Shown one piece after another: positions 43,174 to 53,305 of a DNA stretch of 64,000 bases. The DNA is taken from contig CANRIU010000006.1 in NCBI GenBank assembly GCA_947630755.1, forward strand, positions 2,470 to 66,469, read 5' to 3'. The translations under genes and the position numbers were made by a program. Source of the stretch: an uncultured Oscillospiraceae bacterium. GTDB lineage: Bacteria > Bacillota > Clostridia > Oscillospirales > Oscillospiraceae. A model generated the notes under the pieces. The model was not told the DNA's origin and did no database searches. It worked only from the letters and a program-made list of their open reading frames with translations. The stretch's first letter is position 1. Each line of letters opens with the position of its first letter.

Positions 43174-44002
43174 ACCTTGCCACCTCCGGCTTGTTCATTG
43201 TGTAAATATGTATGCCGCTCACCGTCCCGGAGGCGGCAAGCTCCGTTATCTGCCGCGCGGCGTAATCCATCCCCGCCCGCAGCAGGGACGCGGGGTCGGA
43301 CTCATACCTGTTGAGTATCCGTATCACCGCCGAGGGGAGGCTCGCCCCGCACATAAAGACCATCCGCGTTATCTGGCTCTTGCCCATTATGGGCATTATT
43401 CCCGCGTCGATGGGGACGGTGACGCCCCGGGCCCGGGCCCTCTCGATAAAGTGGTAAAAGGCGGCGTTGTCAAAAAAGAGCTGGCTTAAGAAAAACTCCG
43501 CCCCCGCGTCCTGCTTCTCCCTGAGGTGGTCGATGTCCTCGTCAAAGTTGTCGCACTCCACATGGCCCTCCGGGTAGCAGCCTCCGCCAATGCAAAAATC
43601 CGTCCGCTCCCGAAGGTAGCGCACGAGCTGCGAGCCGTATTGAAAGTCCCGTGTCCCGCTGCCCGGGAGCTTGTCCCCACGCAGGGCAAAGACGTTGGAG
43701 ATCCCCTGGGCGCGAATGTCCGCCACGGCGCTGTCCACGTCCGCCCTTGTGGAGTTTACGCATGTTATGTGGGCCACCGCCGGGATGCCGTACTCACGCT
43801 CGATTATCCCCGTGAGGACCGCGGTGTTCTTCCCGTTCCCGGAGCCCCCGGCAGAGCAGGTCACGGAGATGAAGTCCGGCCTCGTCCCGGCGAGGGCCTC
43901 CAGCATCCCGCGAAGCGTCTCCACCCGCAGCTCCCCCTTGGGCGGGAAGATCTCATAGGAGATGGGGAGCTTTTTTGATTTGTAAATGTCACGGATGTAC
44001 AT
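43139..44002 (-). CDS. metF: methylenetetrahydrofolate reductase
   Basis: MYIRDIYKSKKLPISYEIFPPKG...FISVTCSAGGSG... Confidence 0.92.
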   Translation of the reverse strand: MYIRDIYKSKKLPISYEIFPPKGELRVETLRGMLEALAGTRPDFISVTCSAGGSGNGKNTAVLTGIIEREYGIPAVAHITCVNSTRADVDSAVADIRAQGISNVFALRGDKLPGSGTRDFQYGSQLVRYLRERTDFCIGGGCYPEGHVECDNFDEDIDHLREKQDAGAEFFLSQLFFDNAAFYHFIERARARGVTVPIDAGIMPIMGKSQITRMVFMCGASLPSAVIRILNRYESDPASLLRAGMDYAARQITELAASGTVSGIHIYTMNKPEVARYEMGALRQAGF

Positions 44003-44024
44003 ATTATGTCAACCTCGCAAAATT

Positions 44025-44480
44025 CTATTTCAGCGCCTCGACCCATTGGCCCTCCCGAAGGAAGAAAAACTGCTCGGAGAGGTCGTCCTCCATAAAAAGT
44101 CTCAGCATAGTCTCCATGCCCTCGGCAAGGGCCAGGGAGGTGAGCTCCCGGAGGGGGATCCAGCGGACCTCCCCCTCGTCGGAGGAGGCGAGGGAGCCCG
44201 AGAAGCTGCTGGTCCTGTAAAGGAGCACCATGTACCGCGTCCCGTCGGAAAATGTCCAGTCCTTTATGCCGCAAAGGGTGAGATGGGATACGGTGAGGCC
44301 CGTCTCCTCGAGGACCTCCCGGATAACAGCGTCGGTGAAGGACTCCCCTCTCTCCACATGGCCCCCGGGGAAGACAGCGCCGGGCCAGTCCTTATCACGC
44401 CTGTCCTGCACCAGAACATTTCCCGCGCCGTCGGTGACCATGCACATATTCGTAAATATGACCTTCTCTGTTTTGCCCAT
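44025..44480 (-). CDS. NUDIX hydrolase
   Basis: Nudix box GGHVERGESFTDAVIREVLEETGL. Confidence 0.88.
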   Translation of the reverse strand: MGKTEKVIFTNMCMVTDGAGNVLVQDRRDKDWPGAVFPGGHVERGESFTDAVIREVLEETGLTVSHLTLCGIKDWTFSDGTRYMVLLYRTSSFSGSLASSDEGEVRWIPLRELTSLALAEGMETMLRLFMEDDLSEQFFFLREGQWVEALK

Positions 44481-44483
44481 GTC

Positions 44484-45125
44484 TCACTCCCCCGTCGGCC
44501 TTATCGGGTGCCTTATAACTGTCCTGAGCTTCTCCGGGGCGCATTTTCTCGGGTCGGAGAGGTATATCTCATGGTGGAGACGGGTATTTGAAAAGTCCGG
44601 GGCATAGCCCTGCTCCCGGGCGTAACCGCCCATGAGAGACACAGTCTCCGGCTCATTATCGTATGGGCCGATGTGCATACACTGGACGCACAGGCCCTCC
44701 CGGAGGGTGAGGAACTCCACTCCGGAGAAGTCCGTCTTTTTCTTATCAGTGGCTTCCCCCACCGCCCAGTCAAACTCCTCCCTTGTCACAAAGTCCGGCA
44801 GGCGTATGCAGGAGATGAACTCAAGCTCCTCCTTTCGGGAGTAGTCGATGGCGCCCTCCACGCCCTCCTGCCTCCAGAAGCCCTCCAGCGGCGGAACCAC
44901 ATAGTCGAAGTACCCCTCCATGCGGTGGCTGCCCATTTTGCTCATTTTGATGGTGAAGGCAATACCGTAGAGAAGCCCGATGGAGGATTTGTACTCCCCG
45001 CCCTCCGCATTGGGGTCGCCCCGTCCGCGCACGGCGATAAAATTCATCGCCGGAATGTCCACGATCCCGGGCGTCTTTTTCGGAAGATAAAATTCCCTGT
45101 ACTCCTTTTTAAAATCAAACGCCAT
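44484..45125 (-). CDS. GyrI-like small-molecule-binding domain protein
   Basis: MAFDFKKEYREFYLPKKTPGIVDIPAMNFIAVRGRGDPN... is typical of this family. Confidence 0.75.
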   Translation of the reverse strand: MAFDFKKEYREFYLPKKTPGIVDIPAMNFIAVRGRGDPNAEGGEYKSSIGLLYGIAFTIKMSKMGSHRMEGYFDYVVPPLEGFWRQEGVEGAIDYSRKEELEFISCIRLPDFVTREEFDWAVGEATDKKKTDFSGVEFLTLREGLCVQCMHIGPYDNEPETVSLMGGYAREQGYAPDFSNTRLHHEIYLSDPRKCAPEKLRTVIRHPIRPTGE

Positions 45126-46276
45126 TATTCGCCCCTCCCAAAATACTCCTTTATTTTTTTACTTTCGCATTTCACCGTTCCGGTGACAAGCTCCGGCCTG
45201 CCGCCGCCCCGGCCCTGAAGGGCATCGTTCATCTTCCTGACAAAGGGGCGCAGATCCACCCCGCCGGAGGCCAGGACGTATTTGTAACCCGTCTCGTCGT
45301 CCCCGGAGAAGGCCGCGGCGACGGGACACTTCTCCTTCGCGGCGTTTACAAGGAGCTGAAGCTCCTTTGTGTCGAATTCCGGCTCGAAAAACACAAGAGT
45401 TTTATCGGTGGGCTGAATTATGTCAACCTCGCTTTGTATCATCCGGCGCTTTAGACCGCCGAGCCTGTAGCTCAGAGCGTCCCGCTCCGCCAAAAGCCGC
45501 TCCACAGCCCCGGCAGCCTCCTCCCGCTTTGCCGACAGCAGCGCCGAGATCCGCGCCACGGTCTCGGAGCGCGTCACATAGTCCCCGTATGCCCGGTCCC
45601 CGGCCAGCATCCTCAGCCGCACGCCGTTTTTGCGTCGGATGGACTCGAATATCTTTATGACGCCCACCTCCCCCGTGCGCTTCACATGCGGGGCACAGCA
45701 GGCGCACACGTCCACCCCCTCGATGGTGACAAGGCGCACGTTCTCCCGAAGGTCAAGCTTGCTCCGGTAGGTGAGGTTCGGAAGCTCCTCCGGGGATGGG
45801 AAGCTCTCCGTCACGGACACATTTCGCCAGACTATCTCGTTAGCCTCCCGCTCAATGTCCATAAGCTCCCTATCGTCAACAAAGCCGTCAAAGTCCACTG
45901 TCACCCCGTCGGCGCCCATGTGGAAGCCCACGTTGTCAAAGCCGTGTCGGCGGTGGACTATGCCGGACACTATGTGCTCGGCGGTGTGGTTTTGCATATT
46001 TGAAAACCGCTTCTCCCAGTCTATTTCCCCGTGTACGACAGCGCCGATCTCCAGCGTCCCGGCGCACCGATGGACCACCTCATACCCCCGCTCGAAGGTG
46101 TGGAGCACGCTCACGCCCCCCAGCACCCCCACGTCGGCGGGATTGCCCCCGCCCTCGGGGAAAAAGGCCGTTTTGTCCAGCAACACCTCAAAATGTCCGT
46201 CCCGCTCCTCGCAGGAAATCACCCGGGCGTCAAACTCCCGTATGTGGGAGTCCTCGTAGTACAGCTTCCGCGTCAT
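45125..46276 (-). CDS. alaX: alanyl-tRNA editing protein AlaX-L type
   Basis: ...HTAEHIVSG...CCAPHV... editing-site motifs plus a DHHA1-like C-terminus. Confidence 0.85.
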   Translation of the reverse strand: MTRKLYYEDSHIREFDARVISCEERDGHFEVLLDKTAFFPEGGGNPADVGVLGGVSVLHTFERGYEVVHRCAGTLEIGAVVHGEIDWEKRFSNMQNHTAEHIVSGIVHRRHGFDNVGFHMGADGVTVDFDGFVDDRELMDIEREANEIVWRNVSVTESFPSPEELPNLTYRSKLDLRENVRLVTIEGVDVCACCAPHVKRTGEVGVIKIFESIRRKNGVRLRMLAGDRAYGDYVTRSETVARISALLSAKREEAAGAVERLLAERDALSYRLGGLKRRMIQSEVDIIQPTDKTLVFFEPEFDTKELQLLVNAAKEKCPVAAAFSGDDETGYKYVLASGGVDLRPFVRKMNDALQGRGGGRPELVTGTVKCESKKIKEYFGRGE

Positions 46277-47013
46277 AATATGTTCTCCTCCACAAATCTC
46301 GCCGCGCCGTCCTCGGCGCAGTGCCCCGCGACCACGTCGGCCACTGCCTTCACCTCCGGGATGGCGTTTGCCATGGCCACGCCCAGTCCGCAGTATTTCA
46401 CGGGGCCCATGTCGTCCCAGTCGTCCCCGAAATACGCGGCATCCTGCGGGTCAATGCCGAAGGCGCCGAGCAACTCCCGGACGCCGTCCCACTTGGTGGC
46501 ATTGCGGCTCATGAACTGGAAAATCCGCCCACCCTCCACGGCGGTGTAGTATGTATCCTCCGTCACGGCGGCTTGGACATCCGTTTCGTCTATATTGCTC
46601 ACAAGGATCTTGTAAAGCTCCCCCTCCGGCAGGGCTGGAAAGCCGTCAAAAACAGCGGCGTTCCACTCAGGGATGGGGACATTTGCGAAAATCCCGCCGC
46701 TCATCTCCACCGACACCACCGTGCCGGGGACGCGGACGAGCCTTGAGAGGATAGCTTTCCCCGTATTATCCGAAATGCCGTTCAGTAAGACCTGCCCCGG
46801 CAGAACCACCCGGGCGCCGTTGAGGGTGACGAGGGCGTCAAATTCCCCAAAAATGCCAAACTCCCGCACTGTCCTCTCCGGTCTTGCGCTGGCGGCGAAA
46901 ATCGGCAGCCCGCGCTCCCGGCATCTTGCCAAAACGCCCCGGGAGTACTCCGACAGGCTCTTATCAGGGCGCAGGAGGGTGTTGTCCAAATCAAAAATGA
47001 CCGCTTTGACCAT
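46273..47013 (-). CDS. Cof-type HAD-IIB phosphatase
   Basis: Start moved to MVKAVIFDLDNTLL (ATG 47013, GAGGGGG SD). C-terminal GDDWDDM motif. Confidence 0.85.
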   Translation of the reverse strand: MVKAVIFDLDNTLLRPDKSLSEYSRGVLARCRERGLPIFAASARPERTVREFGIFGEFDALVTLNGARVVLPGQVLLNGISDNTGKAILSRLVRVPGTVVSVEMSGGIFANVPIPEWNAAVFDGFPALPEGELYKILVSNIDETDVQAAVTEDTYYTAVEGGRIFQFMSRNATKWDGVRELLGAFGIDPQDAAYFGDDWDDMGPVKYCGLGVAMANAIPEVKAVADVVAGHCAEDGAARFVEENIL

Positions 47014-47024
47014 TTCGGACCCCC

Positions 47025-47465
47025 TCACTGTACCCGCAGCCTGACGATGACGTTTTTTCCGTCAAGCTCCACATACTCCATCTCCACCTGATCCCCCTCC
47101 GAGAGGACTCCCGTTTTGTGGAATCCGAACCCGAAGTCGAACCTGTCGTACTCAAATTGCACGCCGTTCACGGAAAAGCTCTCGGAGGAGGCGAACCGCC
47201 CCTCCGGCGCGGAAAAGTTCTCCACCGTCCCGGAGACGCTTTCAACCTCCCCGCGCCCGACCGGGACCATCACCCGCGCTCCCGCGACAGCGACCGTCGC
47301 CGCCACCGCAAGCACCAAAACCGCCGCCGCGACGGGCAGGGCACGCGTTTTTTCCCGTCCGAGGAGCCGCGTTCTCACCGCGCAGACCGCGATGCCCAGC
47401 ACGGCGGCCAAAGCGACCCACAGCCACTCCGCCGTAAGCCAGCTTGATTCAAACACAGTCCTCAC
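47025..47465 (-). CDS. hypothetical membrane protein (146 aa)
   Basis: Two hydrophobic segments followed by a beta-rich domain. GTG start after GGGGGAGG. Confidence 0.6.
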   Translation of the reverse strand: MRTVFESSWLTAEWLWVALAAVLGIAVCAVRTRLLGREKTRALPVAAAVLVLAVAATVAVAGARVMVPVGRGEVESVSGTVENFSAPEGRFASSESFSVNGVQFEYDRFDFGFGFHKTGVLSEGDQVEMEYVELDGKNVIVRLRVQ

Positions 47466-47512
47466 TCCCGCGCCTCCCCCATTATTCCTATCTATTTAAT
47501 AGGTTGAATCGT

Positions 47513-47541
47513 ATTATACCCTGTACCCTTCAAAAACGCAA
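47513..47541 (-). promoter_or_regulatory. Sigma-A type promoter (TTGCGT - 17 nt - TATAAT)
   Basis: The minus strand reads TTGCGT (47541-47536), a 17-nt spacer, then TATAAT (47518-47513). Upstream of the long minus-strand gene string 47465 to 40128. Confidence 0.4.
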
Positions 47542-47576
47542 CAGCAAATTTGATTTTCCTCCGCCTCGCCGCCGGG

Positions 47577-48248
47577 TCACAGATATTTCCCCGCCTCCCG
47601 GACGCTGAGCCTGTCCATTTTATCGCCGTACCGCTCCAGAAATCCCCGCACCCACTCAGGGTCTGTCCCGGAGTAGTCCCGCAACGCCCAGCCGACGGCC
47701 TTGTTGATGAAAAACTCATCGCTTCCAAGATTGTTGAGAAGGATCCTCTCAAGAAGCGCCGTGTCCGTCCGTCCCTTCCGGCCCAGCTGGTGGTCTATGG
47801 CGATTCGGCGGAGCCAGAAGTCCGGGTCCGTGGACCACGCCAGCATCAGACTGTCTGTTCGCCTGTCCTCCAGGGCTACCGCGCCCACCACCCGGCACAG
47901 AAGGTCCACGGAATCCCACCACTGCCTTGTGCGGGCGCAGCGCTCCAGGCGCGGCATGTCCTCAAAAGTCAGGAATTTGCGCATTTTGTAGAGGTAATCC
48001 GTGACAAAATACTGAAATTCCCGGTGCTTTTCCTCCCAGCACAGGTCCAGAAGCTCCCAATCCACGCGCCCCGCCCGGCGCTCCGAGGCCAGAATATCCT
48101 TGTAAAGCTCCCGCCGCCTCGGCGCGGGGATGCCGTAGAAGGGGAACAGGTTGCGCATATACGACGCCATGGCGGCGGCGTTTTCTGCATCGGCGTTCTG
48201 CTCGAAAAGCGTTTTCAATTGAGAGAATTTGCCGTTTTCCCCGGTCAT
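47577..48248 (-). CDS. DNA alkylation repair protein (AlkD-like HEAT-repeat family)
   Basis: ...ENAAAMASYMRNLFPFYGIPAPRRRELYK...WWDSVD...NKAVGWALRDY... Confidence 0.85.
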   Translation of the reverse strand: MTGENGKFSQLKTLFEQNADAENAAAMASYMRNLFPFYGIPAPRRRELYKDILASERRAGRVDWELLDLCWEEKHREFQYFVTDYLYKMRKFLTFEDMPRLERCARTRQWWDSVDLLCRVVGAVALEDRRTDSLMLAWSTDPDFWLRRIAIDHQLGRKGRTDTALLERILLNNLGSDEFFINKAVGWALRDYSGTDPEWVRGFLERYGDKMDRLSVREAGKYL

Positions 48249-48356
48249 ATCTCAAAAGCGCCTCCTCTCAACGGTGCCTGTCCGGCACGGTTTGGATTTC
48301 CCCGATTTTGCCCTCCGTCTCCGCGTCCGTCTCCATGGGCTTTATCGCTATCTCAT

Positions 48357-49496
48357 TCATCTGATCTTTTTCCTCAGCGTCCCGGCGGCGGCTTTCAGCT
48401 CCTGAACGAAGGTGTCCGCCTCCTCTATTGTGGAGTATTTGGACAGGCTCACCCGGATTGCGCCGTCGATGACCTCCGGGCTCTCGCCCATGGCCTCCAG
48501 AACGTGGCTTCTGGCGCCCTTTTTGCAGGCGGAGGACTTGGAGACGCATATGCCCACAGAGTCGAGAAGGTTCATTATTACCTCGCTCTTATACCCCGGA
48601 AGGGAGATGCTCAGGATGTGGGGCGCGGCGCTCTGACCAATTATGCGAAGGCCCGGCAGCGCCTCGGTGAGGGCGGAGGCCAGGTGTTCTTTGATTTCCT
48701 CCATCCGCTTGACATCCCCGGCAAAGGACGCTTTTCCCGCCTGCGCCGCCGCGCCGAAGCCCAGTATGGCGGGCATCGCCTCGGTTCCCGGGCGGATGCC
48801 ACCCTCCTGCCCGCCGCCTGTGACCATCCCCGGCAGGCGCAGGCCACGGCGGACGTAGAGCGCCCCCGCGCCCTTCGGGCCGTGGATCTTGTGGGAGCTT
48901 ACTGTCACCATGTCCGCGCCCAGCTTTTTCGGCGTGAAGGGGACCTTCAAAAACGCCTGAACGCAGTCGGTGTGGAGGAGGATGTCCGGGTTCGCCCTCT
49001 TCACAAGCCGGGATATGGCGGCGATGTCGCTCACGGCTCCAGTCTCGTTGTTGACAAGCATCAGCGACACAAGCCCCGTGTCCTCCCGGAGGGCCTTCTC
49101 GACCTGTTCGGGGCTTATCGCCCCGGAGCTTTTGGGGGCGAGGAACGTCACCTCATACCCCTGGGCCTCGAGGGTCTTCGCGGTTTTCAGCACCGCGTCG
49201 TGCTCCGATGCCGAGGTTATTATGTGCCGGAGCCTGTGTCGCTGTAAATAAGCCCCGCCCCGGAGGGCCAGGTTGTCCGCCTCCGTGCCGCCGGAGGTGA
49301 AGATGAGCTCCCCCGGCTCACACCCCAGTGCCCGGGCCACGGCCTCCCGGGCTTTTCGCAGCTCCGCCGCGGCGGCCCTGCCAAGGGAGTGACCGGAGGA
49401 CGGGTTGCCGTAGCCCTCGGTCATTGCTCTTGTCACCGCCTCCACGGCCTCGGGGCAGGGGCGGGTGGTGGCGGCGTTATCGAAATAAATAGTCAT
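48357..49496 (-). CDS. cysteine desulfurase (NifS/IscS class)
   Basis: Start moved to MTIYFDNAATTRP. SSHKIHGPKG (PLP Lys). SSACKKG active-site Cys loop. Confidence 0.9.
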   Translation of the reverse strand: MTIYFDNAATTRPCPEAVEAVTRAMTEGYGNPSSGHSLGRAAAAELRKAREAVARALGCEPGELIFTSGGTEADNLALRGGAYLQRHRLRHIITSASEHDAVLKTAKTLEAQGYEVTFLAPKSSGAISPEQVEKALREDTGLVSLMLVNNETGAVSDIAAISRLVKRANPDILLHTDCVQAFLKVPFTPKKLGADMVTVSSHKIHGPKGAGALYVRRGLRLPGMVTGGGQEGGIRPGTEAMPAILGFGAAAQAGKASFAGDVKRMEEIKEHLASALTEALPGLRIIGQSAAPHILSISLPGYKSEVIMNLLDSVGICVSKSSACKKGARSHVLEAMGESPEVIDGAIRVSLSKYSTIEEADTFVQELKAAAGTLRKKIR

Positions 49497-49578
49497 GTCT
49501 ATCACCTTGCAAATATGTTCCGGATATATTATAATGACCTAATTATACTACATTTTTCTCAAACCACAAGAGGCAGAT

Positions 49579-50868
49579 ATGAAGGTACACATTCACACCC
49601 TTGGCTGCAAGGTCAACCAGTTTGAGTCCCAGGCGATGGCCTCCATCCTCGCCGCCCACGGGCACACCGTGACGGAGGAGGAGACGGGGCTTGACGCCAT
49701 AGTGATAAACACCTGCGCCGTCACGGCGGAGTCCGTGAGAAAATCCCGTCAGGCGGTGAGGCGCCTTAAGTCCCAGAACCCCGGCGCGCTGACAGCCATA
49801 TGCGGCTGCTGGTCCCAGGCGGAGGCGGACGAGGCCGCGAAGCTTGGCGACGTGGTTTACGGCAGCGGCGACAAGGCGGGATTTATCGCCGCTCTGGAGC
49901 GGGCAGCGGAGGAGCGGGACGGGATAATCAGCGTAGACGACCCCTTCGCCCGCCGGGTCTTTGAGCCCCTGCCCGTGGGCAGCGCCGAGGGGCGCACAAG
50001 GGCGCTTTTGAAAATCGAGGACGGCTGCGCAAACTTCTGCGCCTACTGCATCATCCCCTACACCCGCGGCAGGATACGCTCCCTGCCGCCGGAGCAGTGC
50101 GCCGCCGACGCCGCAGGGCTCCAGCGCGAGGGCTATAAGGAGATAGTCCTCACTGGGATAGAGATCGCCTCCTACGGGGCGGACCTTGAGGGCAGGCCGA
50201 CCCTCGCCGACGCGGTGGAGAAGATCTGCCTTGCCGCGCCGGAGGTGCGAATAAGGCTCGGTTCTCTGGAGCCCCGGGTCGTGACGGAGGCGTTCGCGCG
50301 GTGCCTTGCCGCCCTTCCAAATCTCTGCCCACACTTTCACCTCTCCCTCCAGAGCGGCTGCGACGCGACACTTGCGCGTATGCGCAGAAAATACGACACG
50401 GAGAGATTTTATCAGAGTGTGGAGATACTGCGCAGGTATTTCCCAAACTGTGGCATAACCTCCGACCTCATAACGGGCTTTCCCGGGGAGACAGAGGAGG
50501 AGTTTGCCCGGACATTGGACTTTATCGAAAAATGCGCCTTCTCCGCGATGCACATCTTCCCCTACTCCCTCCGGGAGGGGACCCGGGCCGCGTCCATGGA
50601 GGACCAGATCCCGAAGGCCGTGAAGCACTCCCGGGCCAGGGAGGCCGCAAAAACAGCAAAGCGCATGAAAACCGCATTTCTCGCCGCCCAGGTCGGTTTG
50701 GTCCACTCCGTGCTTTTCGAGCAGGAGGCAGAGCCGGGCGTCTGGTCCGGCCACACAGGAAACTACTGCGAGGTCCGGGCCAGGGGGGAGGCCCTTCACA
50801 ATACTGTTGCAAATGTACAAATTATTGAGAGCAGGGATGGGGTCCTTTGGGGAAAAGTCCTCTTGTAA
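49579..50868 (+). CDS. mtaB: tRNA (t6A37) methylthiotransferase
   Basis: MKVHIHTLGCKVNQFES..., radical-SAM CANFCAYC, C-terminal TRAM. Confidence 0.9.
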   Translation: MKVHIHTLGCKVNQFESQAMASILAAHGHTVTEEETGLDAIVINTCAVTAESVRKSRQAVRRLKSQNPGALTAICGCWSQAEADEAAKLGDVVYGSGDKAGFIAALERAAEERDGIISVDDPFARRVFEPLPVGSAEGRTRALLKIEDGCANFCAYCIIPYTRGRIRSLPPEQCAADAAGLQREGYKEIVLTGIEIASYGADLEGRPTLADAVEKICLAAPEVRIRLGSLEPRVVTEAFARCLAALPNLCPHFHLSLQSGCDATLARMRRKYDTERFYQSVEILRRYFPNCGITSDLITGFPGETEEEFARTLDFIEKCAFSAMHIFPYSLREGTRAASMEDQIPKAVKHSRAREAAKTAKRMKTAFLAAQVGLVHSVLFEQEAEPGVWSGHTGNYCEVRARGEALHNTVANVQIIESRDGVLWGKVLL

Positions 50869-50925
50869 TGGACGGTTCTTTTATGTATAATTTATTTTGT
50901 TAAAGAAACGCGAAGGGTGAAGCAT

Positions 50926-52011
50926 ATGTCAACGCAGCGTATTTTCAATTTTTCCGCAGGTCCCTCCATGCTCCCCCTGCCGGTGCTGGAGAAGGCTGCC
51001 TCGGAGCTTACGAATTACTCGGGGTCCGGCATGTCCGTCATGGAGATGAGCCACCGTTCAAAAGCGTACAAGGACATTTTTGACGAGACAAAGGCGCTGA
51101 TGAGGGAGGTCCTGTCGGTGCCCGACACCCATGAGATCATCTTCATGCAGGGCGGCGCCACAGGACAGTTTGCCGCCGTGGCTATGAACCTCATGGGGGA
51201 CGGCGGGTGCGCCGACTACGCCGTCACCGGGAATTTCTCCGGTCTTGCCGCGAAGGAGGCGGAGAAATACGGTAAGGTCCACATCTGCGCTGACACCTCC
51301 CCCAAAAAGCACACATACATCCCCCGTCAGGAGGATCTGGACCTCTCCCCGGATGCCTCCTACCTCCACTACTGCGCCAACAACACCATATACGGCACGG
51401 AGTGGGACTATGTACCGGCGGCGAATTGTCCCGTTGTCGCGGACATGAGCTCAAATATCCTCTCAAAGCCAGTGGACATAGCCGCCCACGGCGTCATATA
51501 CGCCGGAGTGCAGAAGAATATGGCCCCCGCGGGGATGGCGGCGGTGATAATCGACAGGTCACTTCTGGGCCGGGAGATGCCCATAACACCCACGATATTG
51601 AGCTACAGGACCACGGTGGAGAAGGACTCCATGTACAACACCCCTCCCACATATAATATTTACATCCTCGGCCTCACCTTAAAGTGGGTGAAGGAGATGG
51701 GCGGACTTTCCGGGATGGAGGAGCTCCGGGAGCTTCGCTCCGGGATGCTGTATGACTATCTCGACAACTCCTCTCTCTTCTCCGGCTGCGCCGAGGCGGG
51801 CTCCCGCTCCAAAATGAACGTGACCTTCCGCACCGCCTCCCCGGAGCTGGACGCGAAATTCGTCAAGGAGGCCGCCGCCCGGGGGCTTGTGAGCCTTGCG
51901 GGGCACCGGATCGTCGGCGGTATGCGGGCGTCGATATATAACGCCATGCCCCCGGAGGGAGTTAGGAAGCTCGTGGATTTCATGGGCGAGTTTGAGCTTC
52001 ACAACAGGTGA
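50926..52011 (+). CDS. serC: phosphoserine aminotransferase
   Basis: Start moved to MSTQRIFNFSAGPSMLPLPVLEKAA...MEMSHRSK... Confidence 0.93.
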   Translation: MSTQRIFNFSAGPSMLPLPVLEKAASELTNYSGSGMSVMEMSHRSKAYKDIFDETKALMREVLSVPDTHEIIFMQGGATGQFAAVAMNLMGDGGCADYAVTGNFSGLAAKEAEKYGKVHICADTSPKKHTYIPRQEDLDLSPDASYLHYCANNTIYGTEWDYVPAANCPVVADMSSNILSKPVDIAAHGVIYAGVQKNMAPAGMAAVIIDRSLLGREMPITPTILSYRTTVEKDSMYNTPPTYNIYILGLTLKWVKEMGGLSGMEELRELRSGMLYDYLDNSSLFSGCAEAGSRSKMNVTFRTASPELDAKFVKEAAARGLVSLAGHRIVGGMRASIYNAMPPEGVRKLVDFMGEFELHNR

Positions 52012-52042
52012 AAGAATCATCAATTCCATAAGGGTGAAAAAT

Positions 52043-53218
52043 ATGATAAAGGTCAAAACAATCAACAACATCTCCCCCGCTTGCAGGTCCATTCTTGACC
52101 CCGCCCGCTATGAGGTGGGCGAGGATCTGGCGGACCCGGAGGTGATCTTCGTCCGGGCGTCCTCGCTGCTGGACTACGACTTTGGCGAGAGCCTTCTTTG
52201 CGTCGCGAGGGCAGGTATAGGCGTCAACACAATTCCCCTCGACAAGCTCGCCGAGCGGGGCGTGGTGGTATTCAATACCCCCGGCGGCAACGCCAACGGC
52301 GTGAAGGAGATATTCCTCATGGCCCTGGGAATGGCCTGCCGTGACATTCTGGGCGCGATGGAGTGGGTCCTCAACTTCGACACCTCTGAGCGGGACGTCT
52401 CCGTCGTCATGGAGAAGGTCAAAAAGCAGTTTGCGGGGCCAGAGTACATGGGCAAGAAGATAGGCGTCATCGGCATGGGCAATGTGGGCCGCAGGGTGTC
52501 CAACATCTGCCAGCACCTCGGCATGGACGTGTACGGCTACGACCCGTACCTCAGCGTGGACGCGGCGTGGGCAATATCCAACAAGGTGGTCCGCGTGGAC
52601 AGGCTGGAGGACCTGTGCGGCTGCGACTTCATAACTCTCCACGTCCCCCTCACCGATGAGACCCGGGACATGGTGAACGCGGAGTTTATCTCGAAGATGA
52701 AGGACGGCGTGAGGATAATAAACTACGCCCGCCAGCAGGTTGTGAACGAGGAGGCCATCCGCGCAGCCCTCAACACAGGCAAGGTCGCCCGGTTCGTCAC
52801 CGACTTCCCCACCAACACCCTCATCGGCACGAAAAACGTGGTCATGACCCCGCATCTGGGCGGGACGACATGGGAGTCCGAGGAAAACTGCGCCATCATG
52901 GCGGCGCAGGAGGCCCGGGACTACATCGAAAACGGCAACATCACAAACTCCGTAAACTTCGGAAGGGCCGTCATGTCCCCCTCCCGCCTTGCGAGGCTCT
53001 GCGTGTTCCATAAGAACGTCCCCAGCATGATAGCGAAAATCACCGGGGCCGTCTCCGGGGCGGGGATAAACATTGAGAACATGGTCAACGCATCCCTGAA
53101 GGGCGGGAAGATAAGCTACACGATGCTGGAGCTCGGCGACCAGCCCGACCAGTCCCTCACAGAGGCTGTCCGCGCCATAAACGGCGTTGTCCGCGTGAGA
53201 GTTATTGACGCCAGATAA
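52043..53218 (+). CDS. serA: D-3-phosphoglycerate dehydrogenase (with C-terminal ACT domain)
   Basis: Start moved to MIKVKTINNIS (ATG 52043), in frame with track ORF 51896..53218. GVIGMGNVGRRV NAD motif. Follows serC. Confidence 0.9.
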   Translation: MIKVKTINNISPACRSILDPARYEVGEDLADPEVIFVRASSLLDYDFGESLLCVARAGIGVNTIPLDKLAERGVVVFNTPGGNANGVKEIFLMALGMACRDILGAMEWVLNFDTSERDVSVVMEKVKKQFAGPEYMGKKIGVIGMGNVGRRVSNICQHLGMDVYGYDPYLSVDAAWAISNKVVRVDRLEDLCGCDFITLHVPLTDETRDMVNAEFISKMKDGVRIINYARQQVVNEEAIRAALNTGKVARFVTDFPTNTLIGTKNVVMTPHLGGTTWESEENCAIMAAQEARDYIENGNITNSVNFGRAVMSPSRLARLCVFHKNVPSMIAKITGAVSGAGINIENMVNASLKGGKISYTMLELGDQPDQSLTEAVRAINGVVRVRVIDAR

Positions 53219-53305
53219 AAACTGGTATATAATAGTTGATACTACTTTAAAAGGGCCGGTTTTTGCCGGCCCTGTGTCGGTTTTATCCGGCAATACGGAG
53301 GGACC

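Noticed and set aside
47550-49247. A 565-aa plus-strand ORF. It is one of several long shadow ORFs, along with 33177..34589(+), 49543..50820(-), 51980..53293(-), 5526..6776(-), 40056..40874(+) and 59582..60415(+).
   Set aside because: Each lies antisense to a gene with unambiguous family motifs (alkD-like/cysteine desulfurase, DUF5711-like, mtaB, serA, AlgJ-like, metH, ABC exporter). Their translations are dominated by R/G/P/A/H, as expected from reverse-frame reading of G+C-rich codons.
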